The notes below the pieces were generated by a model. It had not been told where the DNA came from and made no database searches. It was given only the letters and a program-made list of their open reading frames with translations. From Thermoplasmata archaeon (lineage in GTDB: Archaea > Thermoplasmatota > E2 > JACPAO01 > JAHFTW01), in contig JAXDQS010000010.1 in NCBI GenBank assembly GCA_034667725.1, positions 192,001-256,000 of the forward strand: a stretch of 64,000 bases of DNA, read 5' to 3'. How positions within the stretch are numbered: the first letter of the stretch is position 1; each line of letters opens with the position of its first letter. Positions 1-9,684 of this stretch are shown here, in pieces. The position numbers were made by a program, and so were the translations under genes.

Positions 1-97
1 GGTTGCGGTCGGCGTGGTGGACCTTGGCGTCCCACCAGCGGGACTGCCACTTGTCCGTGATGGCGGCCAAGTCCCAGCCGCGCTCGTCCTCAACCAT
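1..97 (-). CDS. leuS: Probable leucyl-tRNA synthetase, N-terminal fragment (runs off left edge)
   Basis: My translation from ATG 97: MVEDERGWDLAAITDKWQSRWWDAKVHHADRN. This resembles the 'IE.KWQ.RW...K.F.AD' N-terminus of archaeal LeuRS. ValRS is not excluded. Confidence 0.55.
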   Translation of the reverse strand, partial: MVEDERGWDLAAITDKWQSRWWDAKVHHADRN

Positions 98-145
98 GGG
101 CGGCCTGCGACCTGCGAGACAGGCTTGAAGGTTGGGGGCGAGGGG

Positions 146-388
146 CTAGCGCGCGTCCTGGTCCGGCCCGAAGGCCTCGAAGAGGGCGAACCCCAAGCCC
201 ACCGCCAAGGCAACGACCACCAAGGCGATGCCGCCCAGCGCCGCCAGCCCCGACTCCGGGCACCCGGAGAAGAACAGCCCGCCAGGCCGCCCGCAGTCGG
301 CCAAGGTGTTGGCCCAAACGAGCACCCCGACCCCGGCGCCAAGGAGCGCAAGGACAACGGCCAACCCGATCCAGAGGGCCGTGCGCAC
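146..388 (-). CDS. Small membrane protein (two TM helices, Cys pair in loop)
   Basis: 80 aa ORF with two hydrophobic segments flanking C-x9-C. Confidence 0.6.
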   Translation of the reverse strand: MRTALWIGLAVVLALLGAGVGVLVWANTLADCGRPGGLFFSGCPESGLAALGGIALVVVALAVGLGFALFEAFGPDQDAR

Positions 389-406
389 GAGGCCGCGACG
401 ACCGGC

Positions 407-733
407 TCAGGCTTTGGCCTTGCGGGCCTGCTTGGGCCTCGCCGTCCGCGCCCGCTTCGGCCGCGCCCCCGCCTGCCGGCGGGCCGCCGTGCGCTTGCGG
501 GGCCGCACCATGGAGCGGGTCTGCTGGTACTCGGCGCGGGCCGTCGCCACCACGGCGCGGGCCGCCTCGCCCGCCTCGTGGAGCGAGGCCATCGCGGCCT
601 CGGCCACCCGGGCGGCGTGGGCCAGGCCGTCCATGGCGCCGGCGACGGCGGCCATGCCCTGCTCGACGCCGGCGGCGACGCGCTGGCGGGTCTTGGCGGC
701 CTTGCCGCGGGTCGTGGAACTCTTGGTCGTCAT
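407..733 (-). CDS. Basic Ala/Arg-rich hypothetical protein
   Basis: MTTKSSTTRGK... start at 733, with an AAGGAG-like SD upstream and an ATGA overlap with the stop of the upstream gene. Confidence 0.6.
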   Translation of the reverse strand: MTTKSSTTRGKAAKTRQRVAAGVEQGMAAVAGAMDGLAHAARVAEAAMASLHEAGEAARAVVATARAEYQQTRSMVRPRKRTAARRQAGARPKRARTARPKQARKAKA

Positions 734-1308
734 GCGGTCACCTTCTTGGAACGGGAGCTGGAGGGGGAAGGGCGCTGGTGGCGCGCAAGCTCCCGCCGGA
801 CGGGGCGCGCCACCTCGAGGGCCGCGGCCTTGACGTCGGCGATGCGCTCGCCCGCCTCGCGCCGCCCGTCCGCCATCGCCTTGCGGCCTTGGACCGCGGC
901 CACGGTGGCGCCGACGGCGTAGAGGCCGGCGACGACGAAGGCGCCGCGGGGCGCGCCGCCCAGCAAGGCGTCGAGCACGACGGCGACGGCGACCGTCAAG
1001 GCCGCCAAGGCGAGGAAGGCGAGGCCGCCGGCGATGGCGTAGGCGACGGCCGCCCGGCGGGCGCCCCGGAAGCCGGCCGCCACGGCCAGCCGGACGTCGG
1101 CCAGCATCCGGGCCGGCGCGTGCCGGGCGCGCTCGGCGACCTCCTCGACGGCGGCGACGGTGCGGCCGAGCGACCTCAGCGTGCCATGCGCCGTCTCGGC
1201 GGTGGCGAGCACGGCGTCGGCGGCGTGCGCGAACGCCGGGTCGGACGGGGCGGCGCGGCCCTTGCGGCGCACGGGTCTGGGCGGCCGGGACGGCCTGGTC
1301 GTCGGCAT
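730..1308 (-). CDS. Phage-holin-family (YqjE-like) two-TM membrane protein
   Basis: Helical N-terminus, two TM segments (YAIAGGLAFLALAALTVAVAV / AFVVAGLYAVGATVAAV) and a charged tail, as in holin_3_6/YqjE. Confidence 0.55.
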   Translation of the reverse strand: MPTTRPSRPPRPVRRKGRAAPSDPAFAHAADAVLATAETAHGTLRSLGRTVAAVEEVAERARHAPARMLADVRLAVAAGFRGARRAAVAYAIAGGLAFLALAALTVAVAVVLDALLGGAPRGAFVVAGLYAVGATVAAVQGRKAMADGRREAGERIADVKAAALEVARPVRRELARHQRPSPSSSRSKKVTA

Positions 1309-1397
1309 CTGCGTCGAGCTTGGGTCGGCCGGCCAGGGTCATGAAGCTGGCCCGCGCCGTTCGCGGCGGCCTCCTGGGACGGCCCGAAGCGAAGGCG

Positions 1398-1769
1398 CTA
1401 GTGCCCCACGCCGGGGGCGGAGTCGAACGGCCGGGCGCGGCGGGCCACGGTGGCCGCCTTGGCGACCTTGACGAGGTGGGGGTCGAGCTCCATCTCCTTG
1501 CCGTCCGCCAGGAGGCCCTGCACGAACACGACCACGACGTCGTCGTTGTTGGCGACCTCGAACTCGTCGCGGATCTTGACCATCTTGGCCGTGAGCGCCT
1601 TGTCCTGGGCGGCGGTGAGGTGCTTGCGGAGGGTGTGGCCGCCGAAGCGCCGGCGCTCCGTGTTCTCGCGGGTGTACATCTCCCGGAGGTCGTGCGTGTT
1701 GTGGTACGCCTTGGCCAGCTCGGCGTCCGGGATGTCGTTCGGGCGGAACGGGGCGCGGTCGCCGGGCAC
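1398..1769 (-). CDS. Hypothetical protein
   Basis: Protein-like sequence with host codon usage from GTG 1769 (PGDRAPFRPNDIPDAELAKAY...). Confidence 0.6.
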   Translation of the reverse strand: MPGDRAPFRPNDIPDAELAKAYHNTHDLREMYTRENTERRRFGGHTLRKHLTAAQDKALTAKMVKIRDEFEVANNDDVVVVFVQGLLADGKEMELDPHLVKVAKAATVARRARPFDSAPGVGH

Positions 1770-1843
1770 GCGGCGCGACTTGGCGGGCGCTATATGGAGG
1801 TAGTGCCGGCGGGGCTTTTGCGCGTGCCCCCGGTGCGCGGCGC

Positions 1844-2284
1844 GTGGCGATCTTGCGGATGGACAACGTCCTCGTCGTGGTGGACGACCTGGAGGCCGCG
1901 AAGGCGTTCTTCGTCGCGCTGGGCATGGCGCTCGAGGGGGAGACAACCGTCGAGGGCGCGTGGGCCGACCGCGTCGTCGGGCTCGAAGGAATCCGTTGCG
2001 ACATCGCCATGATGCGGACGCCGGACGGGCACGGCGGGGTCGAACTCTCCAGGTTCCACGCGCCTGCCGCAATCCGGTTCGGCCCCGTCGATGCGCCTTC
2101 GAACACCTTGGGGATGCGCCGCATCATGTTCGCCGTCGACGACCTGGACGCGACCCTCGGCCGGCTTCGCGCCGTCGGCGGGTCCTTGGTGGGCGAGGTC
2201 GCGCAGTACCAGGACGTGTACCGGCTCTGCTTCGTCCGCGGCCCCGAGGGAATCCTGGTCGGGCTGGCCGAGGAACTCGGCTAG
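1844..2284 (+). CDS. VOC/glyoxalase family protein
   Basis: MDNV.VVVDDLEAAKAFF..LG, VELSRF, RIMFAVDDLD and RGPEGILVGLAE motifs. Confidence 0.9.
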   Translation: MAILRMDNVLVVVDDLEAAKAFFVALGMALEGETTVEGAWADRVVGLEGIRCDIAMMRTPDGHGGVELSRFHAPAAIRFGPVDAPSNTLGMRRIMFAVDDLDATLGRLRAVGGSLVGEVAQYQDVYRLCFVRGPEGILVGLAEELG

Positions 2285-2290
2285 GAGGTC

Positions 2291-2986
2291 CTACAGTTCC
2301 AGGATGCTCGCCTTCTGCCGGCGCACCAGCAGGTTGGCGATCGACGGCGGCACGGTGGCGATGTCGCCGGTCTTCAGCAAATAGGTCTGCATGTCCGGCC
2401 CCACGAAGGGCGGGATGTCGCCCAAGGCGCGGATCGTCACCATGCCCTCGCCGGCGTTCGCCTTGGAGTCGTGCGGCACCTGCACGGGCGTCGGGGCGGG
2501 CTCGACCACCGGCATCTGGACGGGCGCGGCCGGGGCGGGCTCCGGGGCAGGAGGCTGCGCGGCCGGGGCGGCGGGCGCGGGCGGCGGCAGGGGCAGCGCC
2601 CCGTCGAACAGCCGGCCGCGGGCCGAGTCCAGCGTCTCCAGGAACGCCTGGTAGAGCTGCGCCTCGTCGGGGGTCAGGCCTTCCGGGCGCTTGCGGTCCT
2701 TGGTGGCGGCGAGGGCCAGCATGGCCAGCTTGCGCTCGCGCACCGCCCACAGCGACTCGGCGGCGTGGCGGGCGTTCTTGACCTGGTCCGTCAGCAGCAT
2801 GACCTTCCGGCTGAAGGGGTCCTTGGCCTGCTCCGCCTGGAACGCGGCGGTGATGGTGGCGAGGAACTCGCGCACCTGCGGCCAGAACCGCGCCGGCACC
2901 ACCATCATCTTGTTGCTGCGGCGCTCGGCGCGCAGGAGGTCCTGGAGCATCTCGTACGAGACGTTGTCCCTGGCCTCCTCCGCCAC
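2291..2986 (-). CDS. DNA replication complex GINS subunit (Gins51/Gins15 type)
   Basis: Helical A domain (RERKL, LTPDE..LY), Pro/Ala linker and C-terminal B domain (IRALGDIPPFVGPDMQTYLLKTGDIATVP..IANLLV). Start set to GTG 2986. Confidence 0.85.
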   Translation of the reverse strand: MAEEARDNVSYEMLQDLLRAERRSNKMMVVPARFWPQVREFLATITAAFQAEQAKDPFSRKVMLLTDQVKNARHAAESLWAVRERKLAMLALAATKDRKRPEGLTPDEAQLYQAFLETLDSARGRLFDGALPLPPPAPAAPAAQPPAPEPAPAAPVQMPVVEPAPTPVQVPHDSKANAGEGMVTIRALGDIPPFVGPDMQTYLLKTGDIATVPPSIANLLVRRQKASILEL

Positions 2987-3047
2987 GGCCGTTTCGAAGC
3001 CCGTGCCGCACTTGAACGTTCTTTGGACAGGGACCGTTCTTGGGGCC

Positions 3048-3689
3048 GTGACCCAGCGCACCCAGGTCCGCCGCCTGCCCCAGCGCGCCGCCTACGACAC
3101 GGCCACCCTGCACGCCATCCTGGACGAGGGCATCGTGGCGCACGTCGCCTTCCAGCACGAGGGCCAGCCCGCCGTCGTCCCCACCGGCTACGTCCGCGAC
3201 GGCGACCGCGTCCTGCTGCACGGCTCCGCCGCCAGCCGCATGATGCGCGCCCTGGCATCCCAGCCCGTCTGCGTCGCCGTCACCCTCCTGGACGGCCTGG
3301 TGCTGGCCCGCAGCGCCTTCAACCACTCGATGAACTACCGCAGCGCCGTCGTCTACGGCCAGGCCCGCCAACTGGAAGGGGACGCCAAGCTGGAGGCGCT
3401 GCGCGTCTACATGGACCGCCTCGTGCCCGGCCGCTGGGACGCCGCCCGCCAGCCCAACGCCAAGGAGGTGGCCGCGACCCTTGTCGTCGAGCTGTCCTTG
3501 AAGGAGTCCTCCTGCAAGGTCCGGACGGGCCCGCCGGTGGACGACGCCGAGGACCTGACGTTCCCGTGCTGGGCCGGCGTGGTGCCGCTGCGCCTGAGGG
3601 CCGGGCCGCCGGCCCAGGCCGCCGGCCAGGCGCCCATGCCCGTGCCGCCCGCCGTCGAGGCGTGGCGGCCGGAGCGGCGCAAAGCGTGA
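3048..3689 (+). CDS. Pyridoxamine 5'-phosphate oxidase-like flavin-binding protein (NimA-like)
   Basis: RRLPQRAAYD, HVAF, LHGS.ASRM, TLLDGLVLARSAFNHSMNYRSAVVYG and WAGVVPL motifs. Confidence 0.9.
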   Translation: MTQRTQVRRLPQRAAYDTATLHAILDEGIVAHVAFQHEGQPAVVPTGYVRDGDRVLLHGSAASRMMRALASQPVCVAVTLLDGLVLARSAFNHSMNYRSAVVYGQARQLEGDAKLEALRVYMDRLVPGRWDAARQPNAKEVAATLVVELSLKESSCKVRTGPPVDDAEDLTFPCWAGVVPLRLRAGPPAQAAGQAPMPVPPAVEAWRPERRKA

Positions 3690-3714
3690 AATCCCCCGCG
3701 TCCGCTCGCTCCGC

Positions 3715-3957
3715 ATGCGCGCCTTCCCGCTCGCTGCCTTTGCCCTGCTTGCGACCGTCCTGGTGGTCCCCGCCGTCGCCGCCCAAGGCCCGCCCACTTG
3801 CACCGAGCAGGTCGGGGACGTTGGCCTGGTCTGCTTCGACCACAACAGCCACGAGTTCTGCGCCGTCTACTGGATGCCCATCACCAACGGCGGCTGCACC
3901 GAGGCGGGCACCGGCGCCGTGGACATCATCATCGACTACATCACCCGCCTCGCCTGA
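3715..3957 (+). CDS. Small secreted Cys-containing protein
   Basis: Signal peptide (AxA cleavage site) and 4 Cys in 80 aa. Confidence 0.65.
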   Translation: MRAFPLAAFALLATVLVVPAVAAQGPPTCTEQVGDVGLVCFDHNSHEFCAVYWMPITNGGCTEAGTGAVDIIIDYITRLA

Positions 3958-4002
3958 GGCCGGCATCGATGGGCTAAATCGGGAACCTCCCATCCCGCCG
4001 CG

Positions 4003-5217
4003 ATGGGCAACCCCGCCCCCCGCATCGCGTCCCCCTACGTGTCCGACCGGGTGCAGCACTTCCCCGAGTCGGTCATCCGGAGCATGAGCCGGGTCGCCAC
4101 CCAGCACGGCGCCATCAACCTCGGCCAAGGGTTCCCCGACTTCGACCCGCCGCGCGAGCTCTTGGACGCCGCCAAGGCCGCCCTCGACGCCGGCCACAAC
4201 CAGTACGCCGTCACCTGGGGCACGCCGGGCCTGCGCGCCGCCATCGCCGGCAAGCTGCGTTCGTTCAACGGCATCGACACGCACCCCGACGAAAACCTGG
4301 TCGTCACCTGCGGCGCCACCGAGGCGATGATGGCGACGATGCTCGCCACCGTCAACCCCGGCGACAAGGTGGTGCTGTTCGAGCCCTACTACGAGAACTT
4401 CGGCCCGGACGCGCTGGTGGCAGGCGGCAAGACCCTCCTGGTCCCGCTGCGCGAGCCCGACTTCCAGCCCGACCCCGACGCCCTGCGCGCCGCCATGGCC
4501 CAGTGCCCCAAGGCCGTGGTCGTGAACACGCCCGGCAACCCGACGGGGCGCGTCTTCACCGACGCCACCCTCAAGCTCATCGCGGACCTGTGCTCCGACT
4601 TCGGCGTCCTAGCGGTCACGGACGAGATCTACGAGCACATGGTGTACGACGGCAAGCGCCACCGCAGCCTCGCCACCGTGGGCGCCATGCACGAGCGCAC
4701 CGTCACCATCGGCGGCTTCAGCAAGACCTACAGCGTCACGGGCTGGCGCCTCGCCTACACCGCCGCACCCAAGCCGGTCACGGACGCCATCAAGCGCGTG
4801 CATGACTTCCTCACCGTCGGCGCGCCCCACCCGCTCCAGGTCGCCGCCGTCACCGCTCTTGGCCTGCCCGCCTCCTACTACACGGAGCTGACCCGCAGCT
4901 ACCAGGCCAAGCGCGACCTGCTGCTGGGCGCCCTCCGGTCGGCCGGCTTCCAGGCCCCCACGCCGGACGGCGCCTACTACGTCCTGGCCGACTGGACCGC
5001 GCTGGCCGGCGACGCCTTCCCCGACGACACCGCGTTCGCCATGTGGCTCACCAAGGAAGTTGGCGTCGCGTGCGTGCCGGGCTCCAGCTTCTTCGAGGAC
5101 GGCGCGCGCGGCCGCCACCTGGTGCGGTTCGCGTACCCGAAGAAGGAGGCGACGCTGCAAGCGGCGGCCGGGCGGCTGGCGACGGCGCGCGAGCGGCTGG
5201 AGCAGGTCTCCGCCTAG
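4003..5217 (+). CDS. Class I/II PLP-dependent aminotransferase (YbdL/DapC-like)
   Basis: INLGQGFPDF, NTPGNPTG, DEIYEH and SKTYSVTGWRL (PLP lysine). Confidence 0.92.
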   Translation: MGNPAPRIASPYVSDRVQHFPESVIRSMSRVATQHGAINLGQGFPDFDPPRELLDAAKAALDAGHNQYAVTWGTPGLRAAIAGKLRSFNGIDTHPDENLVVTCGATEAMMATMLATVNPGDKVVLFEPYYENFGPDALVAGGKTLLVPLREPDFQPDPDALRAAMAQCPKAVVVNTPGNPTGRVFTDATLKLIADLCSDFGVLAVTDEIYEHMVYDGKRHRSLATVGAMHERTVTIGGFSKTYSVTGWRLAYTAAPKPVTDAIKRVHDFLTVGAPHPLQVAAVTALGLPASYYTELTRSYQAKRDLLLGALRSAGFQAPTPDGAYYVLADWTALAGDAFPDDTAFAMWLTKEVGVACVPGSSFFEDGARGRHLVRFAYPKKEATLQAAAGRLATARERLEQVSA

Positions 5218-5654
5218 CCCGTGGGCGTCGTCGGCTCCGCGACCGCCTTGCCGTCGCGCATGACGAGCCGCACCGTCCCCGCCGGCGGCGCCGTCCGCAG
5301 CGGCTTGCCGACCAGGTTGATCGGGTTGCCGTCCAGGTCGCCGTAGATGAGGAAGTAGCCGACGTCGCCGGAGTGCGGCGCCCGCAGCAGCGTCCAGCCC
5401 GCCGTCTCGATGTGCTTCTGGACGTCGGCGGCGTCGCCGGCCAGCGTGAAGCCGATGGCGGTGTCGAGCATCGTGGTGGGGCGGTCGTCCCAGCGGTGCA
5501 GCACGAGCTGGAGCCCGTCGTGGTGCTGGAGGACCGCCATGTCGCCGGCGTGGCGGACCTGCGTGAAGCCCAGCGCCTCGTAGAGCGGGACGTTGGCGTC
5601 GACGTCGCGGACGTAGCGGGCGACGTTGCGCAGGGTCAGGGTCGGGGCGGTCAT
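5214..5654 (-). CDS. VOC family protein
   Basis: VRDVDA...YEALGF and DLDGNPINL motifs. Confidence 0.75.
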   Translation of the reverse strand: MTAPTLTLRNVARYVRDVDANVPLYEALGFTQVRHAGDMAVLQHHDGLQLVLHRWDDRPTTMLDTAIGFTLAGDAADVQKHIETAGWTLLRAPHSGDVGYFLIYGDLDGNPINLVGKPLRTAPPAGTVRLVMRDGKAVAEPTTPTG

Positions 5655-5685
5655 GGTTGCGTCCACTTGAGGGCCGGTCATAAGC

Positions 5686-7500
5686 TCAGGTGTAGGTGGC
5701 CTTCAGCGTCACCGTGCCCGAGCCGCTGTAGCCGTAGACGCGGACGTACCAGTAGCCCGCCGCCGGGCTGGAGTGCGTGCAGGTCTCGGTACTGCCCGAG
5801 GCGTAGGGCCGGCAGGCGTAGGTGGTGTCCGTCGGCTTGGAGCCCAGGCGGGTGTAGAGGTCGGCGTCGACGCTGCAGCTCAGGAGGCCGCAGGCGGGGC
5901 CGGTCATCTCGACCACGAGCTGCGACTTGCCGGCGGGGACGTCGATCTTGTAGAACTTCTCCTGGCCGGTGGCGATGCTGAAGGAGACGGCGGTGCCGCT
6001 CGTGAGGTTGGGCGTCCCGGGGTCGGGATCGGAGCCGCCGCCGGAGGCGACGGTGACCGACTTGGTCTGGCTGTTGCTGCCGCCGCGGCCGTCGCTCACG
6101 GTCAAGGTCACGCTGTAGGTGCCGGCGGCCGCGTAGGTGCGGCTGGCGGTGACGCCGCTGCCGGAGCTGCTGTCGCCGAAGGTCCAGCTGTAGGTCAGCG
6201 GGTCGCCGTCGGCGTCGGTGGAGCCGCCGCCGTTGACGTTGACGGTGAGGCTGGAGGTCGTGAAGGTGAACGACGCGACCGGGGGCGTGTTCGGGGGCGG
6301 GCCGCCGCCGCACACGCTGGCCACCAGGAGGTCGGCGCGGGCGAGGCCGTAGCCGTAGGTGGTGTCGCGGCCGGCGGCGCCCAGGTCCTCCGCCGTGGAC
6401 TGGAGGGCCGACCGGAGCGCCGTGTTGGTGGTGCTGGGCGCGCAGCTCAGGGCAAGGGCGAGGGCGCCGGCCACGTGCGGGGTGGCCATGCTGGTGCCGC
6501 TCATGGTGGTGTAGCTGCCGGACGACGAGGTGCTGTCGATGGCGTTGCCGGGGGCCATGACCTCCAGGTCGGCGCCCATGTCGGAGAACGAGGCGCGCGC
6601 CTTGGTGTTGGTGGTGGCGCCGACGGCGATGACCTGGGAGTAGGCCGCCGGGTAGTCGATCGAGTTGGCGGCGCCGTCGTTGCCGGCGGCGGCCACCAGA
6701 AGGACGTTGCGGGCGTAGGCGTAGGCGACGGCGCTGGAGGTGGCGGAGTCGGAGGCGCTGGCGCCGATGCTCATCGAGATGATGCGGGCGCCCTGGTCGG
6801 TGGCGTCCACGATGGCCTGGGCGATGTCGGCGGTGCTGCCGGAGCACTCGACGGAGAGGATGCCGCCGATGGGCTGGAGCGCCTTGAGGGGCAGGATGGT
6901 CGCCTGGCTCATGCCCGCCACGCCGAGGTTGTTGTTGGTGGTGGCCGCGATGGTGCCGGTGACGTGGGTGCCGTGGCCGCAGCCGTCGTCGGGGTTGCTG
7001 TCGTTGTTGACGTAGTCGTAGCCGGTGAGGATGCGGGAGGCCTGGAAGTCGGGGTGCGTCTTGTAGAGGCCGGAGTCGATGACGGCCACCTTGATGGCCG
7101 AGGAGCCGTAGCCCGCCGAGCCCCACGCCGCCGGGAAGCCCATCTGGGGCGGGCCGTACTGGCCGCTGTAGCGCGTGTCGTTGGGGACGACGGAGCCGTG
7201 CACCTTGCCGTTGTCCTCGACCGAGCGGAGGCCGGGCAGCCCCGCCACCGCAAGCCGGAGCGGCGTCAAGTCGGGGGCCGCCACGACCAGGATGCCGATC
7301 TGCGGGATGGCCTGCACGACGGGGAAGCCGAGCAGGTCGTCGCCCACGCCGAGCGCCGGCATCGTCCCGTCCTCGAACGCCAGCATGGCCTCGCCGAAGG
7401 TCGTGGGCTGGGCCAAGCCGAGCGCCTCGAAGCCGGAGGGGAGGGCCGCGGCGGGTCCCACGGTCGTCAAAGCCAGCAGCACGGCCAAGAGGCGGAGCAT
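5686..7500 (-). CDS. Secreted S8 subtilisin-like protease with PKD and PPC domains
   Basis: Signal peptide. Catalytic triad VAVIDSG / HGTHVTG / GTSMATPHV, PKD domain (WTFGD) and C-terminal PPC domain (DADLY). Confidence 0.95.
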   Translation of the reverse strand: MLRLLAVLLALTTVGPAAALPSGFEALGLAQPTTFGEAMLAFEDGTMPALGVGDDLLGFPVVQAIPQIGILVVAAPDLTPLRLAVAGLPGLRSVEDNGKVHGSVVPNDTRYSGQYGPPQMGFPAAWGSAGYGSSAIKVAVIDSGLYKTHPDFQASRILTGYDYVNNDSNPDDGCGHGTHVTGTIAATTNNNLGVAGMSQATILPLKALQPIGGILSVECSGSTADIAQAIVDATDQGARIISMSIGASASDSATSSAVAYAYARNVLLVAAAGNDGAANSIDYPAAYSQVIAVGATTNTKARASFSDMGADLEVMAPGNAIDSTSSSGSYTTMSGTSMATPHVAGALALALSCAPSTTNTALRSALQSTAEDLGAAGRDTTYGYGLARADLLVASVCGGGPPPNTPPVASFTFTTSSLTVNVNGGGSTDADGDPLTYSWTFGDSSSGSGVTASRTYAAAGTYSVTLTVSDGRGGSNSQTKSVTVASGGGSDPDPGTPNLTSGTAVSFSIATGQEKFYKIDVPAGKSQLVVEMTGPACGLLSCSVDADLYTRLGSKPTDTTYACRPYASGSTETCTHSSPAAGYWYVRVYGYSGSGTVTLKATYT

Positions 7501-7592
7501 GCGCGGCGATGCCGGGTCGGGCGCATAAGGCCTGGCGCAAAGGTCCCCGCCTGCCGAAGCCAAATGCCCGCTTTCGTGCAGCCGAAGTGGGT

Positions 7593-7943
7593 TCACAGCA
7601 GCGAAAGGTGGCCCGTGACCCGGTCGATCGCCGACTCCTTGCCGGGACCGATGCCGAGCACCGTCACCGTGCCCGCCGGAATCTCGGTGTGGCCCGCGTC
7701 CTTGATGAGCGCCGTGCACAGCCCCAGCCGCTCGGCGGCGGCCTTCAGCTCATGGAACTCCTTCTCGCTCGGCACCTTCAGCACCGCCTTCATCTGGCCT
7801 TGGCTCAACCACTCCGCCAAGTCGTCGCGGGCGTACTTCTGCGCCTTCAAGGTGCACTCCACCGCCGCGTGGCCCACCTGCGCCGCCAGCTTCCCCTTCG
7901 AAAGGTCCAGGTCCTTGCGGGCCAGGATCACCATCTTCCACAT
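7593..7943 (-). CDS. pth2: Peptidyl-tRNA hydrolase Pth2
   Basis: KMVIL.RKDL.LSKGKLAAQVGHA and DAGHTEI..GTVTVLGIGP motifs. Confidence 0.95.
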   Translation of the reverse strand: MWKMVILARKDLDLSKGKLAAQVGHAAVECTLKAQKYARDDLAEWLSQGQMKAVLKVPSEKEFHELKAAAERLGLCTALIKDAGHTEIPAGTVTVLGIGPGKESAIDRVTGHLSLL

Positions 7944-7950
7944 GCGAGGC

Positions 7951-8304
7951 TCACTTCCAGTCTGCGGCGGCCCGCTCGGCCTCCGCCCAGTCCACGGCGC
8001 CCACCAGCGCCAGCTCGCCGCCGCGCGGCTCCAGCCGCGCGACCGGCACGGCGCGGTGGACGCCGGCCTGGCGCAGGATGGCGCGCTCGCCCGCGACCGC
8101 GACCACCTCGCCGACGACGCTGCCCTCGTGCTGCACGTAGCGGCCCACGATCGGATGGACGCCCTCCGCCGGCGGAGGATGGGCGGAGATGGGGGCGGGG
8201 GCGTCGCGGGCCCGCGCGGCCCGGAGGTTGTTGTACGCAATGACCGCCAGCAGCATCCCAAGCACGCCCGCGATGGTCAGCAGCTCCTGCGCCGAGAACG
8301 CCAT
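7951..8304 (-). CDS. Membrane-anchored hypothetical protein (PRC-barrel-like soluble part)
   Basis: N-terminal TM followed by a beta-rich domain (GEVVAV.GERAIL, VDWAEA). Confidence 0.65.
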   Translation of the reverse strand: MAFSAQELLTIAGVLGMLLAVIAYNNLRAARARDAPAPISAHPPPAEGVHPIVGRYVQHEGSVVGEVVAVAGERAILRQAGVHRAVPVARLEPRGGELALVGAVDWAEAERAAADWK

Positions 8305-8358
8305 GGCCGCCGCAGCCGGGGGATTGACTTGAAGATGCCCCGCGAGGTCGCGCCTGTA

Positions 8359-8916
8359 GTGGCATGGTTCTTGTGGGCGCCCATCGCCCTTGTGGTGCTG
8401 CTCGGCGTCGTCGCGCTGTTCCAGTTCAACCGCATGGTGACACTCCGGAACCGCTGCGCCGAGTCCTGGAGCAACGTCGACACCGAGCTCAAGCGCCGCC
8501 ACGACCTCGTCCCCAACCTCGTGGCCGCCGTGCAAGGCTACGCCAAGCACGAGAAGGAGGTCCTCGCCGCCGTCACCGCGGCCCGCGCCCGCGTCCTGGC
8601 CGCCACCGGCCGCGCCGAGCTGCTCCGGGGCGAGAACGCGCTCGCCGGCAGCCTCGACCGCCTGCTCGCCGTCGCCGAGGCCTACCCCCGCCTGCAGGCG
8701 TCGCGCAACTTCCTCGTCCTCCAGCAGGAGCTGGCCGTCACCGAGGACCGCATCCAGGCCGCGCGCCGGTTCTACAACGCCAACGTCCGCGACTACCGCG
8801 ACCAGACCCGCCAGTTCCCCGGCAACCTGCTCGCCGGCCTCTACAAGATGGAGCCCATCGCGTTCTTCGAGGTCGAGTCGCCGCGCCACCTCGCAACGCC
8901 CCGGGTGTCGCTGTGA
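8359..8916 (+). CDS. lemA: LemA family protein
   Basis: WSNVDTELKRRHDLVPNLV..V.GYA.HE, AEAYP.L.AS.NF..LQ.EL..TEDRI.AARRFYN. Confidence 0.95.
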   Translation: MAWFLWAPIALVVLLGVVALFQFNRMVTLRNRCAESWSNVDTELKRRHDLVPNLVAAVQGYAKHEKEVLAAVTAARARVLAATGRAELLRGENALAGSLDRLLAVAEAYPRLQASRNFLVLQQELAVTEDRIQAARRFYNANVRDYRDQTRQFPGNLLAGLYKMEPIAFFEVESPRHLATPRVSL

Positions 8917-9659
8917 AGCCCGCCCAGGCCGCGGCGCTGGTGGCAGTCATCCTCGTGTTCGCCGGCCTCGCCGTCGGAAGCATGCTGGGCGGCGGCGTGT
9001 TCCTGCTGTTCACCGGCTTCCTCGGCCTCGGCATCGGGCTCGCCGTCTACGGCTTCCTGCACGCCAAGGCCATCCGCGACGAGCTGCGGACGCTGGCGCA
9101 GCGGCACCGCTGGGAGTTCATCGAATCGGACAAGCAGGACCGCCCCCACCGCTTCAAGGGATTCGCCCCGTTCGGGGTCGGCGGCGGCCGCACCGCGCTC
9201 AACATCCTGGCCGGCAAGTTCGAAGGGATGCCGTTCGAGGCCTTCACCTACCGCTACACCACCAGCAACGGCAAGCACCAGCAGACCCACCAGCACGAGG
9301 TCGTCGCCGTCCCCATGCCCCTGCACGGCCCCGCCCTGCGCATCAGCCCCGAGCACATCGGCCACAAGCTCGCCGACGCCCTCGGCGCCAGCGACATCGA
9401 CTTCGAGTCCGACGCCTTCTCCCGCCGCTTCTGGATCCAATGCGACGACCGGCGCTTCGCCTACGACGTCATCCCGCCCGCCACCATGGAGCTCCTGCTC
9501 CAGCACGGCGGCAACTGGACCTGGCAATGGCGCGGCACGACCCTCGTCCTCTCCCGGCAAGGCACCGTGCGCGCCGACGACGTGCTGCCCATGCTCCGGT
9601 TGGCCAACGGATTCAAGGAACGGCTGCCGCGGCATCTGCTGGCCGAACGGAGGCCTTGA
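8913..9659 (+). CDS. Membrane protein, DUF3137-like, coupled to LemA
   Basis: GTGA overlap with lemA, two TM helices and DIDFES.AFSRRF motif. Confidence 0.75.
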   Translation: MKPAQAAALVAVILVFAGLAVGSMLGGGVFLLFTGFLGLGIGLAVYGFLHAKAIRDELRTLAQRHRWEFIESDKQDRPHRFKGFAPFGVGGGRTALNILAGKFEGMPFEAFTYRYTTSNGKHQQTHQHEVVAVPMPLHGPALRISPEHIGHKLADALGASDIDFESDAFSRRFWIQCDDRRFAYDVIPPATMELLLQHGGNWTWQWRGTTLVLSRQGTVRADDVLPMLRLANGFKERLPRHLLAERRP

Positions 9660-9684
9660 AACGCACCCCGTCCTGCCGCGCCCC

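Noticed and set aside
730-1308. Prophage, suggested by the holin-like gene
   Set aside because: No capsid, terminase, integrase or lysin genes nearby.
5773-8916. Apparent giant fusions in the ORF track (1047-aa LemA, 1097-aa TctA, 1214-aa adhesin, 1307-aa DP2)
   Set aside because: The upstream extensions overlap other real genes. True starts are downstream, supported by TATA spacing, signal peptides or stop/start overlaps.
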